A stretch of 49,275 bases of DNA. It comes from Catajapyx aquilonaris (Eukaryota). Where the stretch lies: contig KZ538763.1 of NCBI GenBank assembly GCA_000934665.2, positions 1 through 49,275 on the forward strand, given 5' to 3'. Below the pieces are notes generated by a model that was not told the DNA's origin, ran no database searches, and was given only the letters and a program-made list of their open reading frames with translations. Position numbers and translations under genes: made by a program. Positions 14,211 through 26,619 of this stretch are shown here, one piece after another. Each line of letters opens with the position of its first letter. The first letter of the stretch is position 1.

Positions 14211-14290
14211 CACATCTAGACCGCAGTAAAAAAAAATCGCATTTACGTAGTGTTACGTAAATGCGAATTTTTTACTGCGGTCTAGATGTG
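14211..14290. repeat. Near-perfect 80-bp palindrome (foldback MITE remnant)
   Basis: cacatctagaccgcagtaaaaaa...tcgcatttacgta-gtgt-tacgtaaatgcga...ttttttactgcggtctagatgtg. Confidence 0.85.
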
Positions 14291-14435
14291 ACGACGGGTT
14301 AGTGAGACGCGCAATTTACGCAGCAGCGTCGCATTTCATTAAAAATTGCAAATGGTGTGAAAACAACAATTGCGCAATAAGTACTGTCTTTGACGGCATA
14401 TATTTCATCAGATCATATTCAGATGAAAAAAGTTA

Positions 14436-14526
14436 CAGTGTATTTTCGATTATAAGACGCACGGCGATGTTTTTGAGCCATTTTTTGGGGGGAAACAAGT
14501 ACGCCTTATAATGTCGTCAAATACTG
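14436..14526. mobile_element. Tc2/pogo-like MITE remnant
   Basis: Imperfect TIRs cagtgtattttcgattataagacgcac / gtacgccttataatgtcgtcaaatactg preceded by TA. Confidence 0.5.
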
Positions 14527-17500
14527 CAAACTTTTCTCAACAGATTTTAACTACCTGTACTTGTAAATTATTTGACCTTCCCAGTCAGTATGAAGTGACA
14601 GCTGCAATTGAAGCCTATAGTTAGTTTTCATACATTCACCCCAATTATAAAACGGGTTCATTAATAAATTGAGGAGGTGATTCAACTCATCGATAGTCCT
14701 ACACACAAAAGCAAACGTTTGCCAACCAAAACCTGTTTTGAAATGCACAATTGTTTTCAAAAATTGCTAAGTGAATGCAGACTTTTTTAAAAATACATCA
14801 AACGCAAAAAAAAAACTATTTCGGACAGCACTCGGGCAAGTTAAACGCGGTATTTTCACTTGATCCTTGTGCTAATTAAGCTGTCACGGTATTTCACGTA
14901 TTTGATACAAATTGCCAATCTGGTTTGCTAGGGTCGCGAAAGGGCCGCGTTTGAACGCCAGCACTCCAGCAAGCTATTTTCACTCTATTCTTGTTAGAGT
15001 CCTAATGAGGTTCAAGTGTCCGAAACATTTTTTGGGGGGGATACACATTGCTAGGTTGCTAGGGGTGCGAAATGGGCGCGTTTGAACACCAATCGCCTGA
15101 TTGATAGCTTATTATCAGGCAGCGACCCCATAAACTTCGCACCCCCGTTTTTCCCAGCGCAATTAAAAAGGCGGTCCTAATTATCTCAAGAGAGGTTCGC
15201 TGACCTTCCATGACACTGCGGTTGCGCAGCCATCCTAGTCCTCCAGTGCTGAAGGTGCTCTGCCACCCGCATCACTCCTGGTGACACCCCACCTCACATC
15301 GCCATCTTCCTTCCAACTGATGGGCCTTTTTTCCCCCCTCCTCCCTTCTTCTTCTTCTCCACCACCCTCTCTTCTCCCTCCGAGCTGCAGATTGGAAGGG
15401 ACCTGTTTCCGAGATATATATACGATGGTGGGGGAGGGGTTGTTGGAAGTTGGGTGGGTGGTTGGGTGGAAAAGCAGCATCGATTTCTAACCAAACTCTT
15501 CCACACACCCCCCCCCCCCCTCTTCCCAACCCTCATTTGGCACCAGGTCACGTGATTCCAACCTTGTCAGCACCCCCAGCATCCGATAACAGACTCAAAT
15601 AAAAAGGTACTCGGATTACTTGATTTTCAGAGGAAATTGGCCGAAACGCGGTCACGTCTGACGAACACTGTACACAACAAAACAGAGGGGGCCAGAAAAG
15701 CAATACAAGTCGGCAAGCACAGAATGGTTCATAAACTCCAAGTTTCGTTATGAATCACCCTGTGCGGAGGAGAAATTGCGTTTCAAAACCGGAGAGTGAC
15801 GGGAGTATTTATTTCGCGTAATGAGTTCATTAAAACGGGTCGGAAAAGGAGAGGTCGCTGGTTGATTAGGTGACGTAAAGTGACAATATCACAGTGGTGC
15901 TGCACTCCCATGAGGTTGTAACCTAACTCCTTTTTCCATCAGCATTACAGGACGCTGTGAGCGACCTTCCTAAAAAAAACCCGCGTGGAGATTGAGAAGG
16001 ACACATGTGCAGACTACGCAATTTGAGCAGCCTTTCCCAGCAGCAGATGACCAATCTGACGGTGGGGATATGGCCCAGAAGATTGGTCAGTTTGGCCAGA
16101 TCCAAGCGGATCTGTCCCAAGTGTCCATTTTTGCCACCCAATTGCCACGGGCTGTGCCCTTCAGGAAGGTCGATTTGACATGGACCCCGGTTGCAGCAGG
16201 GTTCCTCATCCGACGTCTTTACAAAGTTCTATCACGTGTGGAATTATATGTCTCCACACCCTGGCAACCCTTCCCCAGCGTAATAAGCCAATAATTAACA
16301 GAGAAACAGGACACCCACGCCCACTTCCTTCTTACGTTAAAATATCCGGCAGGAAACATTGTCTGAAACCGCTCACCATTCGATGTCTGAGACTCTCAGT
16401 AACTTCCCAATACATTTCGTCCAGAGGCCTCTCCAGAGCTTTGGCAACATCGCAAAAGTCGGTCACATTGTTACCCTCGCAAGCTTAGTGTTGGAAACAA
16501 TTTGCGCGAACTGTGTTGCGCACTCGGTTGCGCTCATTTACAAAAAGCCTAGCCGGATGGTTACATATCCTGGTAGGTATGCTTCCCTCCGTACAGTTCC
16601 CTCGGGATTTACCTATATACTTTCTTCTAACATGTGAATTTTTCCCCCCGCTGGTCCCTTGCACACGGTTCTGCTGTCCAAATACGCAGTACGACCCAAA
16701 GGTTAAAGGGTCACCCTTAATTTCCCCCTGGATACTCGAATAATCTCCTTTATTCAGGACCTGTTCAGGACGATGAACTTGCAGCTCTCCAGCCAACCAC
16801 GGGCATTATTCATGACCCTTTTATATTTCCAGGCCTTCTCTCTCTCTCTCTGGGAAGAAGGTTGTAAGTGGAGGAATGGATAGGCTGCATATAGGGTTTG
16901 GGGCCACACACAAGGTGAAGGAGTGACCTATCACCTTTGCTATTACACCACTTGTGGAGTTGCTAACCCCCCACCAGTCGTGTTGGTTTGGGGCTGGGTT
17001 GGAGGGAGAAAGTTTGCCAACGCAATTTCAGAAAAGGTTTCCAGGGAATTCAGAGGAAGGAAATGGGCAAACATCGAAGCAAAGGCAGGAGTTGCCTCAA
17101 ATGGCCAGAATAAAATCCCTCCACCAACTCGATTGCTGGAGGGAAAAAGTGGGGTGTGTAGAATGCCATATATATAAAAAGAGAATGGGAGACCTCCTAC
17201 TGAAGTTGGACCCCCCTCCGTCATGCAGTGGCAAAAAGCCACCAGAAGTGGGGGGCGTTTTAATTATAGCCCCCCCGGTCCGGAAGTGCAAACAAACGCC
17301 GACTACTCAGTTTTTGTTCCCCCTTTCAACCTACAGCTATTTTTTTTTCTCTCCATGGAGGAGATTCTGAGGAATTCTCTTCCTCAGCGCATTTGTCGCA
17401 TCGTTAGGACGTCAGAGATGCGAACACGTGCGTCGTGTACAATGTGCCGCCAACATTGTAAACGTCGGGGGTATACAAGTGCGTAAACAACGTTTCAGTC

Positions 17501-20500
17501 TTAATGCGCGTAAAACTATATATAGGACTTAGGACTATAATTGGCTGTGAAAATCTGGTCAAAATAGGCTATAAATAATATATATGGCGTCAAAAAAGTA
17601 TCATCCGCCCACATTGCGATATACGTCATGGCCATTCTCAGAGCTGACAACGTGACTTTGACATATATGAAGACCTCGGGGGAAAGAAACGATTAAAGGT
17701 CCACCTCAGGTGAAACTGAGATAATCCTATTTTAAATTTCGAAAGGAGTCCGGGCCTTCCATAGTGACCTATGATCATTACTCCACAACCCCGACCAAAC
17801 CATCATAATTATTCTACACTAGTTAAAGTATCTTCCGAGATATGACACACACAAAAAATGGACTTTGATCGTTCTTCCCCCCGAGGTCTTCATATATTGC
17901 TGACAGAATTGAACTCAAAAGATTCGCCATTTTTGTTGTTGTTAAGCGTCATACTTATGTTTCTTCATGACGTCCTCCGTATTTCCATAATATGGTTAAT
18001 TATCTTTCCTATTTCATATTTCCATGAATTACATGGGTTTCCTATATTAATTAATTTAAGTATTGTCAGGGTCTTGTTGCGGATTCCCCTGATTCATATT
18101 GTATGCCAATAAACAGTTAAAATACAAGTGCAAGATAACGTCTTATCATTCATTGGAAATATTGTCACCATATGGTGTGCCGATATGTGTGGACAGTCCT
18201 TCCTGGTATTTTCATGATACACTTTCGTTATTTCGGTTGGATTCATCTGTTTCAATAGTATTACTGATTTCGACAAAAAGCTTCAAGTTCACTTAATGAT
18301 TCCGGGATATCAGTTCGATATCCAGGATTTACGTCATATTCTCGGTATTCATTCAGTTATTTTATATCTCGCCTTTTAACTGTCCTCGGAGGATTATTCC
18401 TTCTATAGCTGCAATAGTACAAGTCTTATCTCAGGATCTCTTCCCCCTTGGATTCTACCCATTATTATCCTTCTAACGCCGATAATTATCTCCCTGCAAG
18501 AGAATCCCAGGATACACCAGCCACTGTGGGATGGTCGGATCATGTCGAGGACGAGTGTGAATAGGCCGGGCCCTGCTCAGCAGAAAGAGAGATAAGACAT
18601 GGTGTGACGATGCTATAGTTAAGTAGGTGTCGGGTAACAGCTTACTCTCTCTCAATAATGCGCAGAAACAGCTGCTGCTTCTATTCAGAAATCAACAAGG
18701 TCAGTGGTCGTATAACAATTTGTCCGAACCATTCTCGTTTCTCAGAAAGACCTTTCTTCCGCAGGAATTACTGCAATCACCCTTTTTTTCGTTTCAAGCT
18801 ATTGTTTTCAAGCAGTAACTATATGCACCAAGGTTTCGTTAAAATACTAGCTCCAGTATTAGTTAACTTCCTTTTTAAACAAATTTAGAAGGGTACAACC
18901 TTATTCATAGAGTGTTGGTCACAGTTGGTAAAAATTGATCAGTTGTAATGTGCTGGAAAATTCGTTACAGTTCAAGGCCTGCGGGAATGTGCCTAATAAA
19001 ATTTTAGCAGCGAATACTTACAGTAACTGTTCCAAATTCTGATTAATAATAAGCCATGCATTTGGAACAGTGTAGAAGTTGACTCAATTAGACAAATTTA
19101 ATCCATTTTGTCCCTTTACAACTAGAGTGACAGTACTTTTAGCAATTGAGACGGACTGAAGCACGCTGCAGAAAACATCAATAGGACATTTCAGATTGCA
19201 TTAGCCATAACTCAAGAGTCATGAACAGTCCAATAAACAAGTACACGTCCCATGTGTATTTATTTGATAAAAGCGCGCAAATAATCGCATAAACACGTGA
19301 AAGTTCGACATCCCAGGAAATTTTGCAACTCCGAAAGAGTCCGGCACAAACCAATGGAATTCCGAATAAATCATCAGAAACCACGAAGCATCAAAAAATC
19401 TTCGTCAAATATGTTTAGTAAAACAACTCCACGTCCTGAGAATGCACCCCCACACTTTAGCAAACAGCTATCTGCACTTAATTACTGCCTTATCTTTATG
19501 AGAGTGACGTCACCACTTGGCCGTAACGAAATTAAACGGACTGGAACCGATCAAGTTGGGCAACATTCAAACATCGATTTGACCCTTATTTGAAGCTCAT
19601 GCGAGCGAGGACATCCCCCCAATATTTTTTTTTGTGCAAATGACGTCATCTCAAAACTTTTGACATTTTCCCGCCCACGTGACACCCCCTCCCCCCTAAA
19701 CCCTCCCCAAAAAATTAGCTGGAACAGGTCATCAATCACCAGCAGATGCTGGATCGATTTACCTTCCCGCCTTAAAATATTAAGTAGTGTCCAGATGGGA
19801 GTCTGGACCAAGGTCAAGGAACTGACTAAAATGTGGTGATGATACTACAGTCCAGCACTTTCTCCCCCCCTCTGCCTGTTTGTATGGTGACAAAAGTGAC
19901 GATGTGTACGTACGTACCCCCCGAGAGGCAGAGAGAGATCCGTCCTCACAGCTTCCTGATCCAGACGCGTCTCCGGATTATTTTTTGCTGGCTCCCTCCT
20001 TTTTTGCACCCTCTCCCACCCACCCTCTTTTCAGTTGAACAAATGGCCAAAAGGGAGCAGCAGAATTGAGACCGGTTTCTGCATGGCTAGAACCACCTAA
20101 CGGATGAGCTGGAAACAACGCTAGCCTCAGGCTAATCAATATAGGCGCACATGATTTTAATTGTCACACAACTCACACTATCAAGTAACGTACACAGTGT
20201 ATACACAATGTATCTTTTTTTTTGCGACTTTGGAAATGGCTGTGATGTACGCCATTCGGTCAAAAAATGACAAACAAACAAATAGTTGAAATGGATAACA
20301 ATAATAATCACACGGAATGTCAACTCCTGCAGTATTTTTATGCAGATTGTATATACACGAGGCTTGGGCGTCACAAAATTGCGAAATAGTTTTTCTGGGA
20401 AGTATAGCTTTTCCAGTTGTCATTTAGTGTGGCTTGATTGCATCATGGGCAGGTTCAATTTCAACATCAGCGAGCAACATCGTGATGCCAAATCTGAATG

Positions 20501-20811
20501 AGTCGGATGGTGTGTGTGTGTGGGTGTCAAGTTGCGACGAGCGTCTTATCCAAGCGAGAGGATACGCCGAAATCATATATGAATTTGCAACAACCCTCTC
20601 GTCTTCTCAGATGTCAGATGTGACGTCACACAGTGATTTTTATGAGACATTGTATTTTATACACTCCAGGATGCATAATATTGACAGGGAGCATATTCGT
20701 AATGTTTAGGTGATTTATCGGTGACAGTGTACATCCTCATTACTGAAAACAGAGGAAACAAAGAATTCCGTGACATTTTCATGAAACATTCTCTAAGAAA
20801 AAGATAGCAGG

Positions 20812-23519
20812 TTACTCCAAAAACGGATATTTTGGTTGGTACTTTGGAACCTTTTTCCTGCTGCAGCACCTCTCAAGCACAAAAGCCAGGCAAGACGAAG
20901 TCAACCCGATCAGCCAGGCATAAAATATATTGGCTAACTTTCCCATGGTGACCAAACTTCCCTGGTAAGAATACATGGTTTCGTGATGATCTCGACGAAT
21001 CTTGTAATAATTTCTTAAAAAGTTGGCGTAGTTTATTCGGGACTCCATTTGGGACCAAATGGACATTTCCCACAGACGCATACAAATTGTGTTCGCCATG
21101 ACAAAAAATGTCGAGTCTCGACTGAGAGCCGGTCCCGAGTATATCTGACCAGCGGCAAAGTGTTGCCAAAACAGCAGCTGCACCTTTCCTTTCTCATCCA
21201 TAAAATTATCACGTTCACGATCAAATAACAGATCAGCGGTGAGGCAGGCGAATTCGTCTGTTCTGGCTCGTTCTAGGCAGTCATACATAGTTGGAACCGT
21301 AATTACCTGCTCAAACACAGCATTGAACATATGATCTTCATTATTTTGCAGCACGAGGGACATGGCTACTGTCACTAGCTCTGTTGCTCCCCAGGACATG
21401 TCCGATTCAAATAATTCTTTGAAATTTTGCGGGAGGTTTTCCAATGGTGGGTATGTAATGAACGACACGAGCTTTGACTTGTACAACGTAACTATTACTA
21501 TTGAGAACATTGAGAAAAATACTTTAAAAGTGCGATTTACGGCTGAATCTCGTGGCTGCTCTATTAGGATGCGAGAGAGGTGGGACAGCTGGGTCCCAAA
21601 CGAAGAGAGAATAACCTTGCAACTTTTCCGAGAAGGCTTCCTGTGGCTGTCACTATGCAGGATGTGCAGAAAGAAAGAAGACAAGATCAGTGTGACTAGG
21701 AGCAAGAGCCACATTCCAGGAGAATAAGGTTGGAAAATGAGGTACCACTTGATGTCAGGTAGTGGTGTACGGGTGACAAACCCTGGGGCAAGATAGAAGT
21801 AGGGATAGACCAACCTTGTTGCCCTAAGAGATATATCTGAAAAATAGGTAGCCACTGCCATATCAATCACACCTGCTACCACCTCATAAGATATTCCTGT
21901 AAGGCTACCATTTGGGTGCAATTCATTCAAGCTGAGTTGGTGCTCAACAACCTGTATTACTACATTTAAACACTCCTCCAGAAGCAGCATCCCCTCTTCT
22001 AGAAATGTCATAAATTCATTCTTAATTTTTTTAAACCTCGCCGCCTCCACATCTACGTATTCAAAGTAGCCCACTTTAATTTTCTTCCCATTCATATCTC
22101 GAGGAGGACTAGGAAACAGACTTTGAGTATCGTGTTGGTGGGCATAGTGGAAGGGAGGATTGAGCGAGTCCTCCCCCGCCCTGCAGTAGTAACAGACGGT
22201 GTGAATGATGAGCTTCCTTTCCCTCCGACTGAACCTGGAGAGTGCCTTCAGCCTGATTCCCTTGGCCGGGTCCCCTAGAAGGATCGTTCCTCCAGCATCC
22301 GATGGACCAGTGAGGTGGATGAAGAAAGGGTCGTGGAGGTTCCTGGTGTCCACTAGAGAGGCTGTGGTGATGATGAGTTGTGGCAACTGGGAGGTGTTGG
22401 CGCAGAGGACGAGGGTGAGGGCGCATTGGCCCCCGGGCCAGGCCCTGCCCCTCATCTGGGGAGGCAGGGTCCGGAAGGAGAGGAGGTGCTCAGGTCTCCA
22501 CACCCAGGGGTGGTCACCTGGGTCAAAGGTGAAGGACTCCATCCTGCTGACCACCACGGGTCATCCCCCCTTCCTCTTCTCCCTTCCCTTCCCCTCTCCC
22601 CCTCCCATCGACCAGGCCAGCGTCTCTTGCATGGATGGACCCAGGGAATCAGGGTGGTCCATCCCCACAGACAGGGAACACTCCGGGTAGTGGGTGGTCA
22701 GGACGTCTCGAACTGCTGAGGACAACGCCAAGTCTTCCTCCTTCTTCCACACATCTGTCCCCGTCTGCCCAACCTGAATCAAAACATAAGCATCGCTGTC
22801 ACACTCCGCCTTTCCAATGCTGAACGGGATATGAATTCAGTGTGTTCCAACTCAATTACTAAAATGTCCAATCGTTCCCAATTTTTGCAATTCCGCTTTT
22901 TTTTATTGGCAGTTACGATTAGAAAATGGGAAAAATTACTTACTGACATTACTCTGAATAGAAGCCGTCATTCTGCCCTTGAAATGTGACATATTTCCAA
23001 ACTTTATTACCTTCAAAAAAAGTTTTTTTCGAAACATTTGTCTGACTGCAGGCACTTGCACCGACTTGCGCGAACAAAAATACGGTAAGTAAACTTGCAA
23101 AAGTAACATTCATAGAAAAATCATTATAATATTTTGTAGTAATATTATGTGTTTTTCAGTTAGCCAAGTGCAATCATGTCGTATTTGGACGATTTTTTTG
23201 TAGCAATGATTTATACTTAAACTCCAATGAAGTCGCGTTTAAATGCTTCTTTATTGGGCAAATATAATTAGCACCCTAGTTAGGATAACGGAGGTAACTC
23301 GTCCCTGGCCAAACTAGTTCTTCTCTTCTCGTATATATCAGACAGGTTATCCCCATGCCAGTTACCTGTCAGACAAGGCACAGGGCGACAGGGGTACTTC
23401 CAGCAAGAGATCATCCCTGATAAAAAAAAGGGCCTTACCTCCGGTGGTCTTCCCTTCCCTAGACAGAATAAGCAGGTGACAATCACCCAGCAGAGGAGAA
23501 TCCATGGTAAGAAAGACAT
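20812..23519 (-). CDS. Divergent ionotropic receptor A1; exons 23519-23439 and 22773-20812; single in-frame TGA at 22563-22561
   Basis: Exon 1 is a signal peptide, MSFLPWILLCWVIVTCLFCLGKGRPPE|GTAAGG; phase-0 intron to ttttgattcAG. Exon 2 has S1 (NGSLTGISYEVVAGVIDM), M1 (IFQPYSPGMW), an M3 SYTANLAAF-equivalent (LYKSKLVSFITYP), S2 and M4 (LANIFYAWLIGL). About 680 codons if the TGA is decoded; otherwise a pseudogene. Confidence 0.85.
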
Positions 23520-23645
23520 GATAGTGAAACCACTCCGGCTCCAAGAAGTAACTAGCTCTTACTGGAAGTGCTAAACAGGGTTTATTTTACGTGTCCAAGT
23601 GCACGTGTCATACTTGGATGTTTGCAAATTATTCAACACGCTTCC
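23520..23645 (-). promoter_or_regulatory. Conserved upstream region of IR A1 (homologous to 32660-32788 upstream of A2)
   Basis: Shared blocks TTGAATAATTTG, GTATGACA..ACTTGGAC and CGGAGTGGTTTCACTATC-ATG in both A genes. Confidence 0.55.
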
Positions 23646-24954
23646 GTCGTTTTGAAATATCCCGGAACACGGAAGTAGTTACTGTGTTCTAATTACGCGT
23701 AATTATACGTGAGGCCTCACTCACCCAAGGATACGACGTATCTCCCAAGCCGAATGAATGTCAAAGTCAAGTCCAGTATATAGGCACGTAACATTGACGC
23801 TCGTATAGTATCAACATGAGTATGAATTGGTATGAATATCCTTGGAAACTGATGATAACCAGCAATAATTCATGGTCTGCAAGAAATATTTCTCAATGGC
23901 CAGAAATATAGGCTCGAAACCACCAGTCATCGTGAGCTTGCTGCTTGCGAACACATCTTTAGACATATTGTCATTTCTTTGTACAGTCTCTAGAAGTCTA
24001 CCGAAATGGAAGCAATTTACTGGAAGAATTTGCGGGACTGTTCTGGATCAACATTGCAATAGTGAAAGATAAAATTGGTATTAATGAGGCGGTTCTGCAA
24101 AATTAATGAAAAAAGAGAATATGTAAATATGAATCTGACCATATTTCCAAAATTCAATAAAATGTCGATCAAGGTTCAATTCCGCTTATATACGACTTTC
24201 AAAAATACTAACAAAACAAGTTACAATAAAGAACGGACTCAAAGGGGACATTATGTTGTGCATCTTTAAATCGCTTTATTTCCACTAGTAATGCAGGACA
24301 CATTTCGTTCTAGGAATTTTGATTCAATCTTGGCATGAATTCCATGGGTCATATCTCGCTATCCATAGTAGCCGCCTGCAGTCAACCTTTAAGCACTCAT
24401 GAAAGTGGTGAAAATATCGGTGCAATAACTTATGTAATGTAACTTGTCTTCCTAGCAATAAGCACTTAACACTTTGTACCTCTTTGTACAGAACCTTTAC
24501 CTCCAACTACTCAGTTAATACCCTAAAAGGTTAGATGTAGATCTAATACCTTTTTCAAGGTTCCAATGGTGCCGTGTTCAAGAAAATGACCATCGCTCAT
24601 GTATAGGCTATATAATTTGTATACCACAGGAGTCGCACTCGTAACCCCAAACATATTTTATTATTAATGCCACCTAGCACATTGGATACGTAAACAACGT
24701 TATCTTGAAAATGGTGTCACTTGCCTTCATGATACAGCATACAGTGTAAAAATTAGGTTATTGTCCTAAAAGCAGTTTTGAATAATATATGACGACAATA
24801 TTGAAGCTATTTAGCTGTGCTTTCAAATCACCAGACTTGATCATATAAGCTCATAGCAAAATCTACTATGTAATTTTCGAGTCCCATTATGGGGATTTCA
24901 TATACCAGACCCTGCTTGGGCCAAACCTCTTCAGTGCATTCCAGACATATAGAC

Positions 24955-25688
24955 ATGGAAGGCTGCGGCATGTGGTTGCTTGCAGGCCTCCTCACTCTGG
25001 CCAGAGTTCAGGCTGGGAAAATGGACATAAGTGGAATATTCTTAGTGAAGGCAAAGTGGTCTCTTTCCTGACCTGGCCTCCTAGGGAAACGGTTCCGACC
25101 ACTCTTCCAGAGTTAGCCGATTCCAACTGGAGGGTACAAATGGCGTTCATGGATTATTTAGTTCTTCATCATGTAGCATCCACATCAAACAACACTTTTG
25201 TGAATAAGATATTAGACACTCTCTCTATAGCCGAGAGCCTCCCTCATTGTTTAGACAAAACATTCAGTGAGAAGATAGCTTGTATCGGGCTCAACTGGTT
25301 CATAGATCCGGAACTCTATCGGTACAGGCCAGAGGAAGGTGAGCTTCTTGTTCAGTTCGCTGAGGATAAGATATTTTCTAGATACACATTCGCAGTCTTC
25401 TCCAGAGGAAATGCCCCGTTATTGCACGCTGTCGACAAATATTATATCAGAGTAATGGAAGAAGCCAATCTGTTTCATAAATTTCTCCAAGACGAACGTT
25501 ATGGGAAACTGTTGAAAAATTTGAAAACTATTATTGTATTATGGAAGGCGAGTATTGATCACATAATGGCAGATGAAATTGTGGACGTTTACAAGTTGTC
25601 AGCAGTTTTTAATATGTGGCTTTTGGGTCTGGGGTTCAGTTTCGTAGTTTTTGCTGTGGAAAGTATGAGATGCGTTAAATCTGTATAG
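24955..25688 (+). pseudogene. Ionotropic receptor B0, internally deleted pseudogene
   Basis: Signal peptide MEGCGMWLLAGLLTLARVQAG is fused out of frame, at about 25048-25051, directly to GKVVSFLTWPP (M3). About 1.25 kb is missing relative to B1/B2; the S2-M4 portion is still open. Confidence 0.88.
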
Positions 25689-26619
25689 AAAAAGCCACGA
25701 AAACTAACAATAGATTTTAAATAAAATGTCATCCAAGGGAAGGAGCGACACGTATCGACAGCAGGAATGCTTACAGACGATTCGAAACTCATTATTGACT
25801 GCAATATGACTGTGATCGCTCAGCAAATGAGGGAATCAATAATTTGAATTTTATGTGTTAGGCCTGTAAGGTACATTATATTGTATGATACATCATAATA
25901 TCCGAAACATTAGAAGCAAGCCATGGTTCCATTAACGTTAAATGAGAATTTTTAAAATTTACATAAAGCAATGGGGTCCTAGGCCACATTTTGCAAACCC
26001 ATGTTAAAAAATCGTCCTTATTTTAAATGAATTTTGGTGTTTTTTTGTTTGAAGAAATAAATGTTACGGTGCTATAAATTGAATTGCAACTAACATGAAT
26101 CAATTTATTGATGTTTTATCCATGCTTTCATGCCACAAAGTCTATCTTAGAGAATTTTACATAATAGATAAACATGAGTAATTTACTAGTGCATTTTATT
26201 CGTGACAGTAATTTTCAGGATACCATTTCCTTCTTAAATTAGGTCCAATGGCCTTGGGATTTTAACAAAGCAAGAGTAATATCTACCAATTCAAGTAAGC
26301 CTCAAACGATCAAAGCTATTGGACTCAGGAGAGTCGCAGTCCAAATACTGCATAATTATCTTAAATTAGTAATGGCACCTAGCGCCTTATTACACATGGA
26401 ATGATTATTACCTTTCAAGATGTATCTTGTATTTATGAAAAATTGGACTAAAATTAATAGTTGGCCAAAAGGCAGCTTTGAATAATACATAACAACCATA
26501 TTGCAGGTTTGTTGCTTCGGTCCCAAATACGGGCAGCACGAACTGACTTGTAATTATCACCGTTTCATACACCAGACCCTGCAAGTACCAATTTTTTCCA
26601 GTTTGTTTCCGACCTAGAC

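Noticed and set aside
15200..15550. Possible first exon of KCNQ1 (ATG GAA G|GTCAGC near 15205) and overlapping low-complexity ORFs
   Set aside because: Phase-compatible but only two codons with no homology; cannot be supported without transcripts.
15920..17490. Dense overlapping short ORFs
   Set aside because: No recognisable domain, consistent splice signals or repeat termini; probably decayed repeat or regulatory DNA.
18430..18900. Possible LTR end (TGT...ACA with adjacent purine tract)
   Set aside because: No second LTR, TSD or clear retroelement protein motif.
22109..22823. Conserved antisense and alternative-frame ORFs repeated at 34140-34851, and at 26894-27163 / 29541-29810
   Set aside because: By-products of near-identical GC-rich receptor blocks; no independent coding signal.
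23280..23519. Stand-alone Cys-rich secreted peptide ORF
   Set aside because: A strong GTAAGG donor after codon 27 and homology to 32789-32866 show it is exon 1 of IR A1.
25041..25060. B0 deletion as a spliced-out GT..AG intron in a retrocopy
   Set aside because: B1/B2 do have GAAG|GT...AAAG|GC near these points, but codon alignment places the B0 junction one codon earlier, and B0 retains homologous upstream DNA, indicating tandem DNA duplication plus a microhomology deletion.
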